DNA of 47,997 bases, from the IMG/VR virus record IMGVR_UViG_3300045988_161434, positions 1-47,997 of that record. The stretch is one strand, 5' to 3'. The notes under the pieces were generated by a model. That model was not told the DNA's origin. It made no database searches and worked only from the letters and a program-made list of their open reading frames with translations. This DNA comes from a virus. The position numbers and the translations under genes are program-made. Below are positions 8,493 to 16,665 of the stretch, piece after piece (the first letter of the stretch is position 1; every line of letters starts with the position of its first letter).

Positions 8493-8673
8493 TACTAGTT
8501 TAAATTATTTAGCAATTGGCTCAATAATAGATGACATATTATCAAACACAAAAGGAACTACTCATTATATAGGACAAATAGAATGGACTATATTAGAAAT
8601 TAATAGTCATAAAATAACAATAACAATAAGGTATTTAAAAAGTTATGTAGAATGGAGATTTGATGAAAAATGA
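8470..8673 (+). CDS. hypothetical protein (probable internal start of track ORF 8413..8673)
   Basis: The track ORF overlaps the previous gene by 80 nt; an in-frame ATG at 8470 removes most of the overlap. Confidence 0.3.
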   Translation: MKMKIINNTSLNYLAIGSIIDDILSNTKGTTHYIGQIEWTILEINSHKITITIRYLKSYVEWRFDEK

Positions 8674-9032
8674 AAATAATAATGTATGAGTTATTAGGAT
8701 TAGTAAAAGATGGTAAAGCACCTAAAAAAATAAAATATGGTAATGTAAAACTTAAATATAATGAAGGATGTGGAGATTATTACCCTTATTATGGTGAAGG
8801 TTTATTTGAATATAAATTTGGAAATTGTAAAAATTTTCTAAATGATGAAGTAGAAATAATAGAAGAAAATAAAAAGATAGAAAAAATAAAGATTTTAATT
8901 GATGACATCAATACAGAATATGTAGCAAATGATAAAGGTGAAAAATTAAGTTATTCGAAGAGTGATTTAATGTTTGCTGATAGAATCAATGAATTAATTG
9001 ATGAAGTAAATAAATTAAAAGGAGAAAAGTAA
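8670..9032 (+). CDS. hypothetical protein
   Basis: 120 aa. Confidence 0.4.
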   Translation: MKIIMYELLGLVKDGKAPKKIKYGNVKLKYNEGCGDYYPYYGEGLFEYKFGNCKNFLNDEVEIIEENKKIEKIKILIDDINTEYVANDKGEKLSYSKSDLMFADRINELIDEVNKLKGEK

Positions 9033-9301
9033 TGAAAGAAGAAATGCTAAAAAGTCTAAACGAAATTAAAAATGGATATGATGCTTATTATATTGAAAAC
9101 AAATATAGTGAAGAAGCAACACATAAAGAACAATTTGAAAAATTAAGAGAATATCTAAAAGATGATGGAATGAGTATGAGAGCATTGAATTGGATATCTC
9201 ACTGTTATGACTGTTACTATAAAGATGATAAAGTTTATAACATAGAAGGTGATGCCAATCCATTCTATTACTTAGAGACAAAAATAAAAGAGGTGAAATA
9301 A
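9032..9301 (+). CDS. hypothetical protein
   Basis: 89 aa; ends with KEVK at the RBS junction. Confidence 0.4.
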   Translation: MKEEMLKSLNEIKNGYDAYYIENKYSEEATHKEQFEKLREYLKDDGMSMRALNWISHCYDCYYKDDKVYNIEGDANPFYYLETKIKEVK

Positions 9302-9585
9302 TGTTTGACTCAAGAGAATTAACAAAGAGAGGCTTGGAAAGAGAATTAAATAAAGTGCTAGAGAATTATATGATAATATATGATGAATACTATGAAACAA
9401 TGAGTAGAGACAGTGTTTTTCTAAAAGATTTAGCAGATGCCATCTTAGGAATAAGTGCTTGTCTTGAGGTTTATGCCAGAGATAAGTACATACATCCAAG
9501 TTATGTTATGGAAAAATTGGAAAATAGTAAGCACTATATAGATGCTTGTATAAAATATTACGATAATAAGCAGAAAAACAATTAA
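9301..9585 (+). CDS. hypothetical protein
   Basis: 94 aa. Confidence 0.4.
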   Translation: MFDSRELTKRGLERELNKVLENYMIIYDEYYETMSRDSVFLKDLADAILGISACLEVYARDKYIHPSYVMEKLENSKHYIDACIKYYDNKQKNN

Positions 9586-9613
9586 ATAAATATTTGAGAA
9601 AGGACTAGATAAA

Positions 9614-9880
9614 ATGGAATTATGGATTAGAAGTCAGAATAAAGAATGTTTAATAAAACTAGATGATTATATAAATTATTTTTATGACGATGAAGAAAAT
9701 GAGCATGGAATCGGCTCACACATGTTTACTTTAGGTGTTTATGAATCAAAAGAAAGAGCATTAGAAGTATTAGATGAGATACAAAATAAAATTAATTTGA
9801 TTAATTTAGGGCATGATTTTGGCAGTCCAATGGTAGATTTAAAAAACCCAACATATATTTATCAAATGCCAGAAAAATAG
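9614..9880 (+). CDS. hypothetical protein
   Basis: 88 aa; RBS AAAGGACTAGATAAAATG. Confidence 0.4.
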   Translation: MELWIRSQNKECLIKLDDYINYFYDDEENEHGIGSHMFTLGVYESKERALEVLDEIQNKINLINLGHDFGSPMVDLKNPTYIYQMPEK

Positions 9881-9890
9881 GAGGAATAAT

Positions 9891-10232
9891 ATGCGAAAAA
9901 AGCAAGAGTTTGAAGAAAATAATATAATTAATTTTGGTGAAGGTTGCTGGGGGATGAATATTAGTTTTTTAGATGATGGAAATACAAACTGGAAGAAACA
10001 AACTAGAATTTCAGGGCATTATCCATACAGAAGTAAAATTAAAAAGGGAACTTTGTTAATTAAAAAATGTAGTTTAGGTTATTTATACTTAAGAGTTAAA
10101 AAGGTTGAATATTGTAGAGACCCCGATGATATGTTTTTTGCAAATGTTATATATATTTGCAACGATAAAATGTTATCAAAAGAAGAACATAAATATTTAG
10201 AAGATAATAATTTATACAATTATTGTAATTAA
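9891..10232 (+). CDS. hypothetical protein
   Basis: 113 aa; RBS AGGAGGAATAATATG. Confidence 0.4.
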   Translation: MRKKQEFEENNIINFGEGCWGMNISFLDDGNTNWKKQTRISGHYPYRSKIKKGTLLIKKCSLGYLYLRVKKVEYCRDPDDMFFANVIYICNDKMLSKEEHKYLEDNNLYNYCN

Positions 10233-10255
10233 AATGTGAAAATTAGGAGGTAATT

Positions 10256-10429
10256 ATGAAAGATATAAATATTAATTACGAAGGTTTGAACTTTGAAGAA
10301 AAGATATCATTAAAAATAAATTATTTATTAAGTTTACCAGCAAGTGAAGCCGTAAAGAGTGCCTTACTTAACTTGAAGTGGGTACTAGAGATATATCAAG
10401 AAGAAAAAATGAAAGGAAGAAGAAGATAA
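10256..10429 (+). CDS. hypothetical small protein (57 aa, not in the track)
   Basis: ATG at 10256 preceded by AGGAGGTAATT; its TAA overlaps the next ATG (TAATG at 10427-10431). Confidence 0.3.
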   Translation: MKDININYEGLNFEEKISLKINYLLSLPASEAVKSALLNLKWVLEIYQEEKMKGRRR

Positions 10430-10821
10430 TGGATTTAAAAGCATTTGTAAATACTTATGATGAAAAGATAAGTAATTATATTGAAAAAAACTATGGTGAA
10501 ATACCTCGTTGCAGGGGATATGAACTTATGAGATTAGTTGAAAAATATGGAAATGATAGTGATGAACAAACATCTTTATATGATTCGTTTGTTGGGCAAG
10601 ATGTAATTTATATTCATACAAGATGTGGAGATTGTGGTTTGGGTTACGAAGATGAAGAAAGCAATTATGTTTATTGTGGTGCTAAAGAATGGGAAGAAAA
10701 GTATAAAGATTTGTTTATAGCACATTGTACTGATGAATTTGATAGCACATATTGTGACCATTATTTCAAAGCAGTAATTAATGATGAATACAAAGAATTA
10801 ATTAAGGATGAGGTGATGTAA
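10429..10821 (+). CDS. hypothetical Cys-rich protein (possible zinc-binding)
   Basis: True start is probably MDLKAFV at 10429 (RBS GAAAGGAAGAAGAAGATAATG), not the upstream M of the track ORF; motifs CRGY, CGDCGLGY, YVYCG and CDHY. Confidence 0.4.
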   Translation: MDLKAFVNTYDEKISNYIEKNYGEIPRCRGYELMRLVEKYGNDSDEQTSLYDSFVGQDVIYIHTRCGDCGLGYEDEESNYVYCGAKEWEEKYKDLFIAHCTDEFDSTYCDHYFKAVINDEYKELIKDEVM

Positions 10822-11069
10822 TGAAAACAATAAAATCAAGATTAGGAAAAGCAATAGCAGTATTTAAAAACGAAAATAAGTTTAAGTATGGCTACAGAGT
10901 AAAAGTTGTTAAAAACAATGGATTAAAAAAGTATGATAAATACATAGGCAAAGTAGGCATTTATGATGGATTAGAATACTGGAATAAAGAAAAACCATTT
11001 AGAGTAGATTTTTTAGATGGAACATGTCTATGCTTTAGTGAAGATGAACTAGAAAAGGTAGATAAATAG
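10821..11069 (+). CDS. hypothetical protein
   Basis: 82 aa; coupled start. Confidence 0.4.
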   Translation: MKTIKSRLGKAIAVFKNENKFKYGYRVKVVKNNGLKKYDKYIGKVGIYDGLEYWNKEKPFRVDFLDGTCLCFSEDELEKVDK

Positions 11070-11218
11070 TGGAACCACATAGAAGAAGAGAACTATTAAA
11101 GATTAGAAAGTCTTTTCTAGAAAGATATAAACTAGCAAAACAATTTAAAGATAAATTTTATACTGAATATTTTGCAAAGCAAATAAGAGAAATAGATAAA
11201 GAACTCAAAGAAGAATAA
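11069..11218 (+). CDS. hypothetical small protein (GTG start, 49 aa)
   Basis: GTG overlaps the preceding TAG (TAGTG), with AAAAGG 9 nt upstream; basic N-terminus. Confidence 0.25.
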   Translation: MEPHRRRELLKIRKSFLERYKLAKQFKDKFYTEYFAKQIREIDKELKEE

Positions 11219-11250
11219 GACAGATTCAGATAAAAATGGAGGTATTTTAA

Positions 11251-11655
11251 ATGAGAGAAATAGAATTGATAAAAAAATATAATTATGACCAAAAAAAGGC
11301 TCACGATTTACTTAAGGAAGAATTTGTAAAAGATTTACTAGAAGAAGTAAAAGACTTAATAAAAGAAAATAAAGTACTAACAAGGCAACTTGAATATATC
11401 AGAAGTGGAGAATATCTCAATCAATTAAAATTTGAAAGAAATATGCTAGAAGATGTAGTTTCTAATGGTGAAGTTTCAGAAACAGATAAAGCATTCATAG
11501 ATATGACACATAGAAATACTGAATTATTAGAAGAAAACAAAAAACTCAAAGAAAGAATAGATTATTTAGAAAGAAGTAATAACAGAAGAGAAGAATTGAT
11601 ACTGGAATTGAGGGAAGAATTGATACCAAGCAAAGGAGATAATGAAGATGTTTAG
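11251..11655 (+). CDS. hypothetical coiled-coil protein
   Basis: 134 aa; RBS AAAATGGAGGTATTTTAAATG. Confidence 0.4.
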   Translation: MREIELIKKYNYDQKKAHDLLKEEFVKDLLEEVKDLIKENKVLTRQLEYIRSGEYLNQLKFERNMLEDVVSNGEVSETDKAFIDMTHRNTELLEENKKLKERIDYLERSNNRREELILELREELIPSKGDNEDV

Positions 11656-11761
11656 GAATAAACTCTTTTGGACCATTGCTGCTTTAATTTTCACTCTAAT
11701 AAACATAATTGTTATTATCTGTGGGCTAATTAAAGCCTTTCTATATGTTTTTGGTAAATAA
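11648..11761 (+). CDS. hypothetical small hydrophobic protein (37 aa)
   Basis: ATG with AAAGGAGA upstream; a single TM segment FWTIAALIFTLINIIVIICGLI. Confidence 0.3.
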   Translation: MFRNKLFWTIAALIFTLINIIVIICGLIKAFLYVFGK

Positions 11762-12221
11762 GATGTGTAAAATTAATTCAATGAAAGAAATGTTTGATTA
11801 CTTAGACACCATCAACGATGCTGATGACTTAATGTATGATGATTGCAAACAACATAGTTTCCTTTACGAGGAAGATTATGAAAAGATATTAGAAGTAGTG
11901 CTTAGCCTATACAAGAAGCCAAAAAGAGTTGTGGACATAGGCAGCAATATGAATCAGTATGCTTATATGTTTGAAAATGCAGGAATAGACTACATAGGAA
12001 TAGATTTGTGGAATGCAGATAGAAGAATGAAACCATACGAAAGTAAACATGTTAAGTTTATAGGAGCAAGGTATGAAGACATTTCAGACTGGTTTAAAAA
12101 CGATGTCGTTATAAGTAATTTATGTGTTAATTATCTAGTGAAAAGAGAAGATGTGAAAGCAAAGCATCTAATAACAAATGAACTTGTTGATACAAAGTTT
12201 GTTGCAAAAATATGGTGGTAA
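11745..12221 (+). CDS. hypothetical protein (weak Rossmann-like VVDIGSN motif; function not assignable)
   Basis: 158 aa; a candidate nucleotide-binding glycine-rich turn, but not a canonical SAM-methyltransferase GxGxG. Confidence 0.35.
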   Translation: MFLVNKMCKINSMKEMFDYLDTINDADDLMYDDCKQHSFLYEEDYEKILEVVLSLYKKPKRVVDIGSNMNQYAYMFENAGIDYIGIDLWNADRRMKPYESKHVKFIGARYEDISDWFKNDVVISNLCVNYLVKREDVKAKHLITNELVDTKFVAKIWW

Positions 12222-12235
12222 AAGGAGGAAAGATT

Positions 12236-12481
12236 ATGGGGAAACCATTAATTTATGATAAACCAATGACTAAAGCCCAAGCAAATGAAAGGTATAAAGA
12301 TAAAATGAAGTGTTGGAAGAACAGAAATTATTCTACATTTTGTTTTCATCTTCCAATAGATTTGGTAAACGAATTTAGAAAAAGAACCAAAGCAAATGGA
12401 GATACTCAAAGGCAATTAGTCATACAAATGATGAAAAATTATATAGAAAATGATAGGAGGAAAAGCAAAGATGGTATGTAG
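12236..12481 (+). CDS. putative ribbon-helix-helix (Arc/MetJ/CopG-like) DNA-binding protein
   Basis: Start MGKPLIYD has RBS AAAGGAGGAAAGATTATG; the C-terminal half FHLPIDLVNEFRKRTKANGDTQRQLVIQMMKNYI has a beta-strand then two-helix RHH pattern and resembles 12665..12868. Confidence 0.4.
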   Translation: MGKPLIYDKPMTKAQANERYKDKMKCWKNRNYSTFCFHLPIDLVNEFRKRTKANGDTQRQLVIQMMKNYIENDRRKSKDGM

Positions 12482-12665
12482 AATTAAAACCAAAGAAGAT
12501 TTAGAGTTGGAATTAGCAACAATGAAACTAATGTTACACTCTATGTACGATACTTTTGAGGACCTTCTCAGCAAGATTGCTGGAGACCCAGAACTTAACA
12601 ACACTAGATGGGAATGGGAAGAAAATTGTAGAAAAAAAGCAAGAGAAATATTAGGAGGAAAATAA
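12471..12665 (+). CDS. hypothetical protein
   Basis: Internal ATG at 12471 with RBS TAGGAGGAAAAGCAAAGATG. Confidence 0.35.
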   Translation: MVCRIKTKEDLELELATMKLMLHSMYDTFEDLLSKIAGDPELNNTRWEWEENCRKKAREILGGK

Positions 12666-12868
12666 TGGAAGAAGCAGTAAGAGATGAGATAACAAGAAAA
12701 GATGGAGTGACTTATAAAAGAAAGCCAAAAGATAAAAAGTACGACTGCTACTTATCCGTAAAAGTCAAATCAGAAATGAGAGATAAACTTAAAAAAAAAT
12801 GCAAGGAGAATGGCACTAACTATGCTGCTGTACTAAGAAAATTAGTCAGAATGTACATAGATAGTTAA
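12665..12868 (+). CDS. ribbon-helix-helix (CopG/Arc-like) DNA-binding protein
   Basis: 67 aa; YLSVKVKSEMRDKLKKKCKENGTNYAAVLRKLVRMYI matches the RHH strand-helix-helix layout; RBS AGGAGGAAAATAATG. Confidence 0.45.
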   Translation: MEEAVRDEITRKDGVTYKRKPKDKKYDCYLSVKVKSEMRDKLKKKCKENGTNYAAVLRKLVRMYIDS

Positions 12869-12935
12869 ACTAGAACTAAATTTGACTTACATAAATAAAA
12901 GATGTTATAATTAATTCATACAAACTAGAACTAAA
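12867..12935. repeat. pair of 14-bp direct repeats AAACTAGAACTAAA (each two tandem AACTAR hexads) bracketing a promoter: operator candidates
   Basis: Copies at 12867-12880 and 12922-12935. The same CAAACTAGAACTA motif occurs twice more at 17691-17703 and 17730-17742. Confidence 0.5.
12882..12911 (+). promoter_or_regulatory. sigma-A type promoter for the basic-protein gene, flanked by the operator repeats
   Basis: TTGACT (12882-12887), 18-bp spacer, TATAAT (12906-12911) with TGt extended -10. Confidence 0.5.
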
Positions 12936-12955
12936 GGAAAGGAATTGAATTTATT

Positions 12956-13204
12956 ATGGCAAAAACAAAAAACAGTACTAAAAGTTATTATCAAAAGAAC
13001 AAGAAGTACAGAGAAGAACTTATAAAGAAAGAAACTGAAAAGCATAAAAGAAATAGACCAAAGTATGCCAAAGAACAGAGAGAATACTACAAAGATAGTG
13101 AAGATTACAGAAGTTATAAGAAAAAGTATGCTAAGGCTTATAGAAAAAGAGAACCTATCAAATCTAAGGCTAGAAAAGATAGGAAGGCTCTAAAAGAGAG
13201 ATAA
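12956..13204 (+). CDS. hypothetical highly basic protein (Lys/Arg/Tyr-rich)
   Basis: 82 aa, about 40% K+R; RBS AAAGGAAAGGAATTGAATTTATTATG. Confidence 0.45.
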   Translation: MAKTKNSTKSYYQKNKKYREELIKKETEKHKRNRPKYAKEQREYYKDSEDYRSYKKKYAKAYRKREPIKSKARKDRKALKER

Positions 13205-13232
13205 TATAAGTTTTATAAGAGAAGAGACAAGT

Positions 13233-13252
13233 AAGAAGTTTCTTCTTTTTTT
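13233..13252 (+). terminator. rho-independent terminator of the rightward early region
   Basis: AAGAAG-TTT-CTTCTT hairpin followed by TTTTTT. Confidence 0.5.
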
Positions 13253-13397
13253 ACAACCACACTGAAAATTAAGAAGTTTTTAGAGAATTTGTTAAGAAGT
13301 TTTTGAATTTTTTCACCAAGAAGTTTTTGAAAAAAAGTGACAGAAACGGCAAAAATTTTCACTAAGAAGTTTTTCAGTTTTCATAGAGAAGTTTTCA
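13233..13397. repeat. iteron-like array: 6 direct copies of AAGAAGTTTT(T/C)
   Basis: Copies start near 13233, 13271, 13294, 13318, 13364 and 13387, mostly 23-24 bp apart; the region is ORF-free. Confidence 0.6.
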
Positions 13398-13428
13398 GTT
13401 TTTTTGAAATCAAAATAAAAAAGATGCC

Positions 13429-13451
13429 AAAAAAGATAGATTTTATCTATC
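13429..13451 (-). terminator. rho-independent terminator (minus strand) after gene 13443..13769
   Basis: Hairpin GATAGAT-TTT-ATCTATC overlapping the stop codon, adjacent to a plus-strand A-run (a U-run on the minus transcript). Confidence 0.45.
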
Positions 13452-13769
13452 AATTTTGAAATCTTTAAATATTTTTTGTACTTTTTCTTCAAGACTTTTA
13501 CTTGCTTTTTGGAAATAGGTATCTTCTTCATAGTAATTACATAAGTCATTTTCCATTTGATTATACAACCCACTACAATTATTATATACTAGGTCGTATA
13601 ATATTTCTTCTCTGACTGCTGTTTCAAACTCTTCCCAAGTAATATTTTTATCTTTAATATTGTCGGGCTTTCTTACACAATCAATATTCCAATACCACTC
13701 TGTTTCAGTCAAACTCCAAGTCCTTGTATATTCTACAATTTCCTCTGTCAATTGTTTTAATTCTTCCAT
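13443..13769 (-). CDS. hypothetical acidic protein (own leftward promoter PL3)
   Basis: 108 aa; RBS AAGAAAAGGAGGAATTATG. Confidence 0.45.
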   Translation of the reverse strand: MEELKQLTEEIVEYTRTWSLTETEWYWNIDCVRKPDNIKDKNITWEEFETAVREEILYDLVYNNCSGLYNQMENDLCNYYEEDTYFQKASKSLEEKVQKIFKDFKIDR

Positions 13770-13789
13770 AATTCCTCCTTTTCTTAACC

Positions 13790-13826
13790 TAATTATACCA
13801 CCTAATTTTTTTACTTATGACTATAG
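13790..13826 (-). promoter_or_regulatory. leftward promoter PL3: extended -10 (TGGTATAAT) plus the conserved upstream box CTATAGTCATAAGTAA at -26..-41
   Basis: Minus-strand -10 lies at plus 13792-13800; the box lies at plus 13811-13826; the same geometry recurs at 18036-18072 and 18273-18309. Confidence 0.5.
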
Positions 13827-14041
13827 GACTAATTTTTTTAATTTTTATAGAATATTTTTTCTATTTTTTTACTTTTGACTAAATTAAAACAAATAATCTT
13901 AATTCTGGCTTAGGTATTCAAACCATATCAAACAAAACACACTTGTCTAGTGTAATCATACTAGGAACATATAAAAGTCTCTTAAAACTAAAATAAATGC
14001 CTTTAAAATGCAATCACAATATTTGACTATTTCAAAATGAC

Positions 14042-14070
14042 AAAAAAAGACTATTTCTAGTCTTTATTTT
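14042..14070. terminator. bidirectional rho-independent terminator at the end of the leftward operon
   Basis: A-run, then AGACTA-TTTC-TAGTCT hairpin, then T-run. Confidence 0.5.
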
Positions 14071-14138
14071 CTAGGTTTATAACCTGCACCCTCAAGAGTT
14101 AATATAATAATTTTAAAGAATATATATAATATTATCAT

Positions 14139-14561
14139 TTATTCTACCACACTATCAATATAATCTCTTAAATCATCACTCATAAAGAAATCACTATCAT
14201 AAATTGTATTATCTAAGTCTTCTAATTCTTCATCTGATAATGATTTTACCACTTCTCTATCACTTCTTAAGAATAATGCAAGTGCTAATTCAAAAGTCCT
14301 ATAATCTTTTTCACTTAACCTCTCTAATTCTTCCATAATATTTAATACATCTTTTCTTATTTTTTCCATAACTAAATCACTCTCCTTAATAATATTTTTA
14401 AACATATTTACAATCATATCTCTATTATCTTCATAATCTTTATTTATCTTATTACTTACTTTTTTTTGTTCTTTTCTTAATTCTTCTTTTAAAAAGTCAT
14501 TTTCTTTTTCTAAGACTAAAATATAATCTATTAATTCTTCAAAAGTTAAATCACTCAACAT
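14139..14561 (-). CDS. hypothetical strongly acidic protein (last gene of the leftward operon)
   Basis: ATG at 14561 with RBS AAGGATAGTGATTAATATG; the track start at 14570 is a GTG inside the RBS; D/E-rich. Confidence 0.45.
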   Translation of the reverse strand: MLSDLTFEELIDYILVLEKENDFLKEELRKEQKKVSNKINKDYEDNRDMIVNMFKNIIKESDLVMEKIRKDVLNIMEELERLSEKDYRTFELALALFLRSDREVVKSLSDEELEDLDNTIYDSDFFMSDDLRDYIDSVVE

Positions 14562-14562
14562 A

Positions 14563-14787
14563 TTAATCACTATCCTTAACTTCAGTATGTACCCCTAAGT
14601 AGTTATTCAAATACCACTCAAAACAATTAAACATTTCTTGTGTTAACTGTGCATCATCTAATATATTATCTATAATATAATTTTTATCTGCATCAGTTAA
14701 ATCATTAACTTTATCAAATACTTCACTATTAAATTCAGTATTATCAAGCCAAATATTAAACTCTTCTTCCAAACCTTTTTTAAACAT
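14563..14787 (-). CDS. hypothetical small acidic protein
   Basis: 74 aa; RBS AAGGAGAGTGAGTAATAATG; ends with DSD and its stop sits inside the next gene's RBS. Confidence 0.45.
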   Translation of the reverse strand: MFKKGLEEEFNIWLDNTEFNSEVFDKVNDLTDADKNYIIDNILDDAQLTQEMFNCFEWYLNNYLGVHTEVKDSD

Positions 14788-14789
14788 TA

Positions 14790-15008
14790 TTACTCACTCT
14801 CCTTATTTTCTAATTCTTCCACAATAGATAGTTCAAATTTATCAATAAATCTTTCTAAAAACTCAAGCATAATATTAAAGTCCGTTTCCGTAAGTTCTGC
14901 CTTGTACTCGCTTTTATAATCATCATCTAATTCATTGTTAAATTCGTTTTGTAGTGCATAAATTAAATCTTTCACTTTTTCAATAGTTATTTTTTTATCT
15001 TCAAACAT
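14790..15008 (-). CDS. hypothetical small acidic protein
   Basis: ATG at 15008 with RBS GGGAGAGTGAGTGAATATG; C-terminal KESE encoded by the downstream RBS. Confidence 0.45.
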   Translation of the reverse strand: MFEDKKITIEKVKDLIYALQNEFNNELDDDYKSEYKAELTETDFNIMLEFLERFIDKFELSIVEELENKESE

Positions 15009-15010
15009 AT

Positions 15011-15229
15011 TCACTCACTCTCCCATTTCCTTATTGCTTTTTCTTCTAAATCATCTCTTATATCATCTAATTTATCAACGAAGATATTACTATCTCCACT
15101 ACTATAGAATATTCCTAAATCTCCTAAATCATAAATTAAATCAACAAGTTTACTATAACTATTATAATATTCTCTTTTATTATGATTTTCTTTTAAATCA
15201 AAATATTTATTTAATATATCATTTAACAT
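15011..15229 (-). CDS. hypothetical small acidic protein
   Basis: Real start MLNDIL at 15229 with RBS AAGGAGAGTGATTAAGATG; C-terminal WESE. Confidence 0.45.
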   Translation of the reverse strand: MLNDILNKYFDLKENHNKREYYNSYSKLVDLIYDLGDLGIFYSSGDSNIFVDKLDDIRDDLEEKAIRKWESE

Positions 15230-15230
15230 C

Positions 15231-15476
15231 TTAATCACTCTCCTTGCTTTCAATATAAATATTATCACTGCTAGTAAACTCATCTATACTATAACCTAAA
15301 TACCCCATGTGGTCATAATTAATAACTACTATGCTATTGTTATCATAGTCTTCTAATTCTTTTAATAAATCTTCATAATCTTCACTATCTTTAAACTCAT
15401 TATGAATATATTTTTTTATTACACTTACTTGTCCTAATAAACAATCTCCATTATCATATAAACTATTATTCATCAT
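15231..15476 (-). CDS. hypothetical small acidic protein
   Basis: 81 aa; RBS AAGGATAGTGAATAGTTATG; C-terminal KESD. Confidence 0.45.
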   Translation of the reverse strand: MMNNSLYDNGDCLLGQVSVIKKYIHNEFKDSEDYEDLLKELEDYDNNSIVVINYDHMGYLGYSIDEFTSSDNIYIESKESD

Positions 15477-15478
15477 AA

Positions 15479-15775
15479 CTATTCACTATCCTTACTCATT
15501 GCCAAAAAACTAATTTTATTTGCCATTATATACATTTCATTATCATTGCTTAGTTTACATAAGCAAGCATCAACACCTATTAAGTCTCCCATTTTACAAT
15601 ACTCAAGTGTTGCTAATTTAATTTCTTTATTTTTAACTAGTACTTTAATGAAGTCGCTATCATAGTCTCCCATTTTATTTTTATAATATCTAGGTACTGC
15701 TATTGTAATTTCAGCACTCTCTCTATTTTCTTCTATCTTTGTTATTCTTCCAATCAACATAACTCTATTCATCAT
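15479..15775 (-). CDS. single-stranded DNA-binding protein-like OB-fold protein (short SSB)
   Basis: Start MMNRVMLIGRITK matches the canonical SSB N-terminus (MNRVxLIGRLT); about 99 aa with a beta-rich OB pattern; RBS AAGGAGAGTGAATAAAATG. Confidence 0.55.
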   Translation of the reverse strand: MMNRVMLIGRITKIEENRESAEITIAVPRYYKNKMGDYDSDFIKVLVKNKEIKLATLEYCKMGDLIGVDACLCKLSNDNEMYIMANKISFLAMSKDSE

Positions 15776-15776
15776 T

Positions 15777-16010
15777 TTATTCACTCTCCTTAACTTCTTC
15801 AATTCCTACATAATGTGAATAATTACATCTGATATTATCAATTAATTCATCTAAAGAATTATACTCACTATTCTCACTATTTAAAATCTCCCTTATAAGA
15901 AAATTAATTGTAGCCATATTTTCCCTCATATTATCTTCTTTATTTTTGTATTTAAACTCATAAACACGAATTTTTTCACATACCACTACTTCTTTAGTCT
16001 TAATTTTCAT
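15777..16010 (-). CDS. hypothetical small protein
   Basis: 77 aa; C-terminal KESE; its start overlaps the upstream stop (TAATATG). Confidence 0.45.
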   Translation of the reverse strand: MKIKTKEVVVCEKIRVYEFKYKNKEDNMRENMATINFLIREILNSENSEYNSLDELIDNIRCNYSHYVGIEEVKESE

Positions 16011-16011
16011 A

Positions 16012-16191
16012 TTACATCATCTCACTTTCTATATCTTCAATATTTTCTTTCATTTTATCAATTAATTCTTTTATTTTTTCTATTTCTTCTTCAGAATACT
16101 TTTTGTTCCATATATAATAATCATTAAATAGTACTCTTGCATTTTCAAATAGAATAAATATGTTATTTTTTATGTTCCAATCACTTCTCAT
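16012..16191 (-). CDS. hypothetical small protein (59 aa, not in the track)
   Basis: ATG at 16191 with a strong RBS GGAGGTGGAATAATATG and an ATGA overlap with the upstream stop; fills the only gap in the operon. Confidence 0.35.
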   Translation of the reverse strand: MRSDWNIKNNIFILFENARVLFNDYYIWNKKYSEEEIEKIKELIDKMKENIEDIESEMM

Positions 16192-16664
16192 ATTATTCCA
16201 CCTCCACTTTTAATAAAATTTTCAATGATTTTTCCGTTCCCCTTGCCAAGATAATATGGGTTTTCTTTATTTTTTTCTTTACATAGACTATACATAATAT
16301 TGTTTACCTCGTATAATTCTTGTCTATCAAATATTTCGTAATATTCTTCAATATAACCTCCACTCAATATAGTCTGCACCATATATAGAGTATCATCTAT
16401 GCTTAACTTATAATATTCATTATCATAATCTATCTTTGATATAATAGCATAAGTCCCATTAACACCATTTTCAACATAGCATTTTGCATAATCTAATGCT
16501 TTATTATAATCTAATTCAAATGCTACATTTTCATCATAATAACCATATTGTTTGTCATAAACATTATTATAGCAATCATAATCTTCGTGTCCTTCATCTT
16601 TAGTCCATAAAACACCAACCTCAATTTTATATATATTGAATTTTAATTTGATATTGTTAACCAT
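16188..16664 (-). CDS. hypothetical acidic Tyr-rich protein
   Basis: Start MVNNIKL at 16664 after GAAAGTGAGTGAATAAAATG; about 158 aa. Confidence 0.45.
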   Translation of the reverse strand: MVNNIKLKFNIYKIEVGVLWTKDEGHEDYDCYNNVYDKQYGYYDENVAFELDYNKALDYAKCYVENGVNGTYAIISKIDYDNEYYKLSIDDTLYMVQTILSGGYIEEYYEIFDRQELYEVNNIMYSLCKEKNKENPYYLGKGNGKIIENFIKSGGGII

Positions 16665-16665
16665 T

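Noticed and set aside
11745-12221. Calling ORF 11745-12221 a SAM-dependent methyltransferase
   Set aside because: It has only a weak Rossmann-like VVDIGSN turn and lacks the canonical GxGxG and the downstream acidic and NPPY/DPPY motifs, so it was left as hypothetical.
13313-13573. 86-aa minus-strand ORF spanning the iteron array and overlapping gene 13443-13769
   Set aside because: It runs through the AAGAAGTTTTT repeats and both terminators, and the minus-strand terminator at 13429-13451 would stop transcription before it. The overlapping 13443-13769 frame has the proper RBS.
13660-13878. 72-aa plus-strand ORF over the PL3 promoter region (and 15034-15234 plus, 18396-18825 plus, 19378-19662 minus, 20545-20871 minus, 21139-21411 minus, 22149-22439 minus, 23209-23460 minus, 25644-25835 minus)
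   Set aside because: They overlap promoters, terminators or better-supported genes on the other strand. Their translations are low-complexity and RBSs are absent.
13935-13960. Approximate palindrome CTAGTGTAATCATACTAG in the 13880-14040 intergenic region
   Set aside because: The two half-sites are imperfect and the element is not repeated elsewhere. It is too weak to call an operator.
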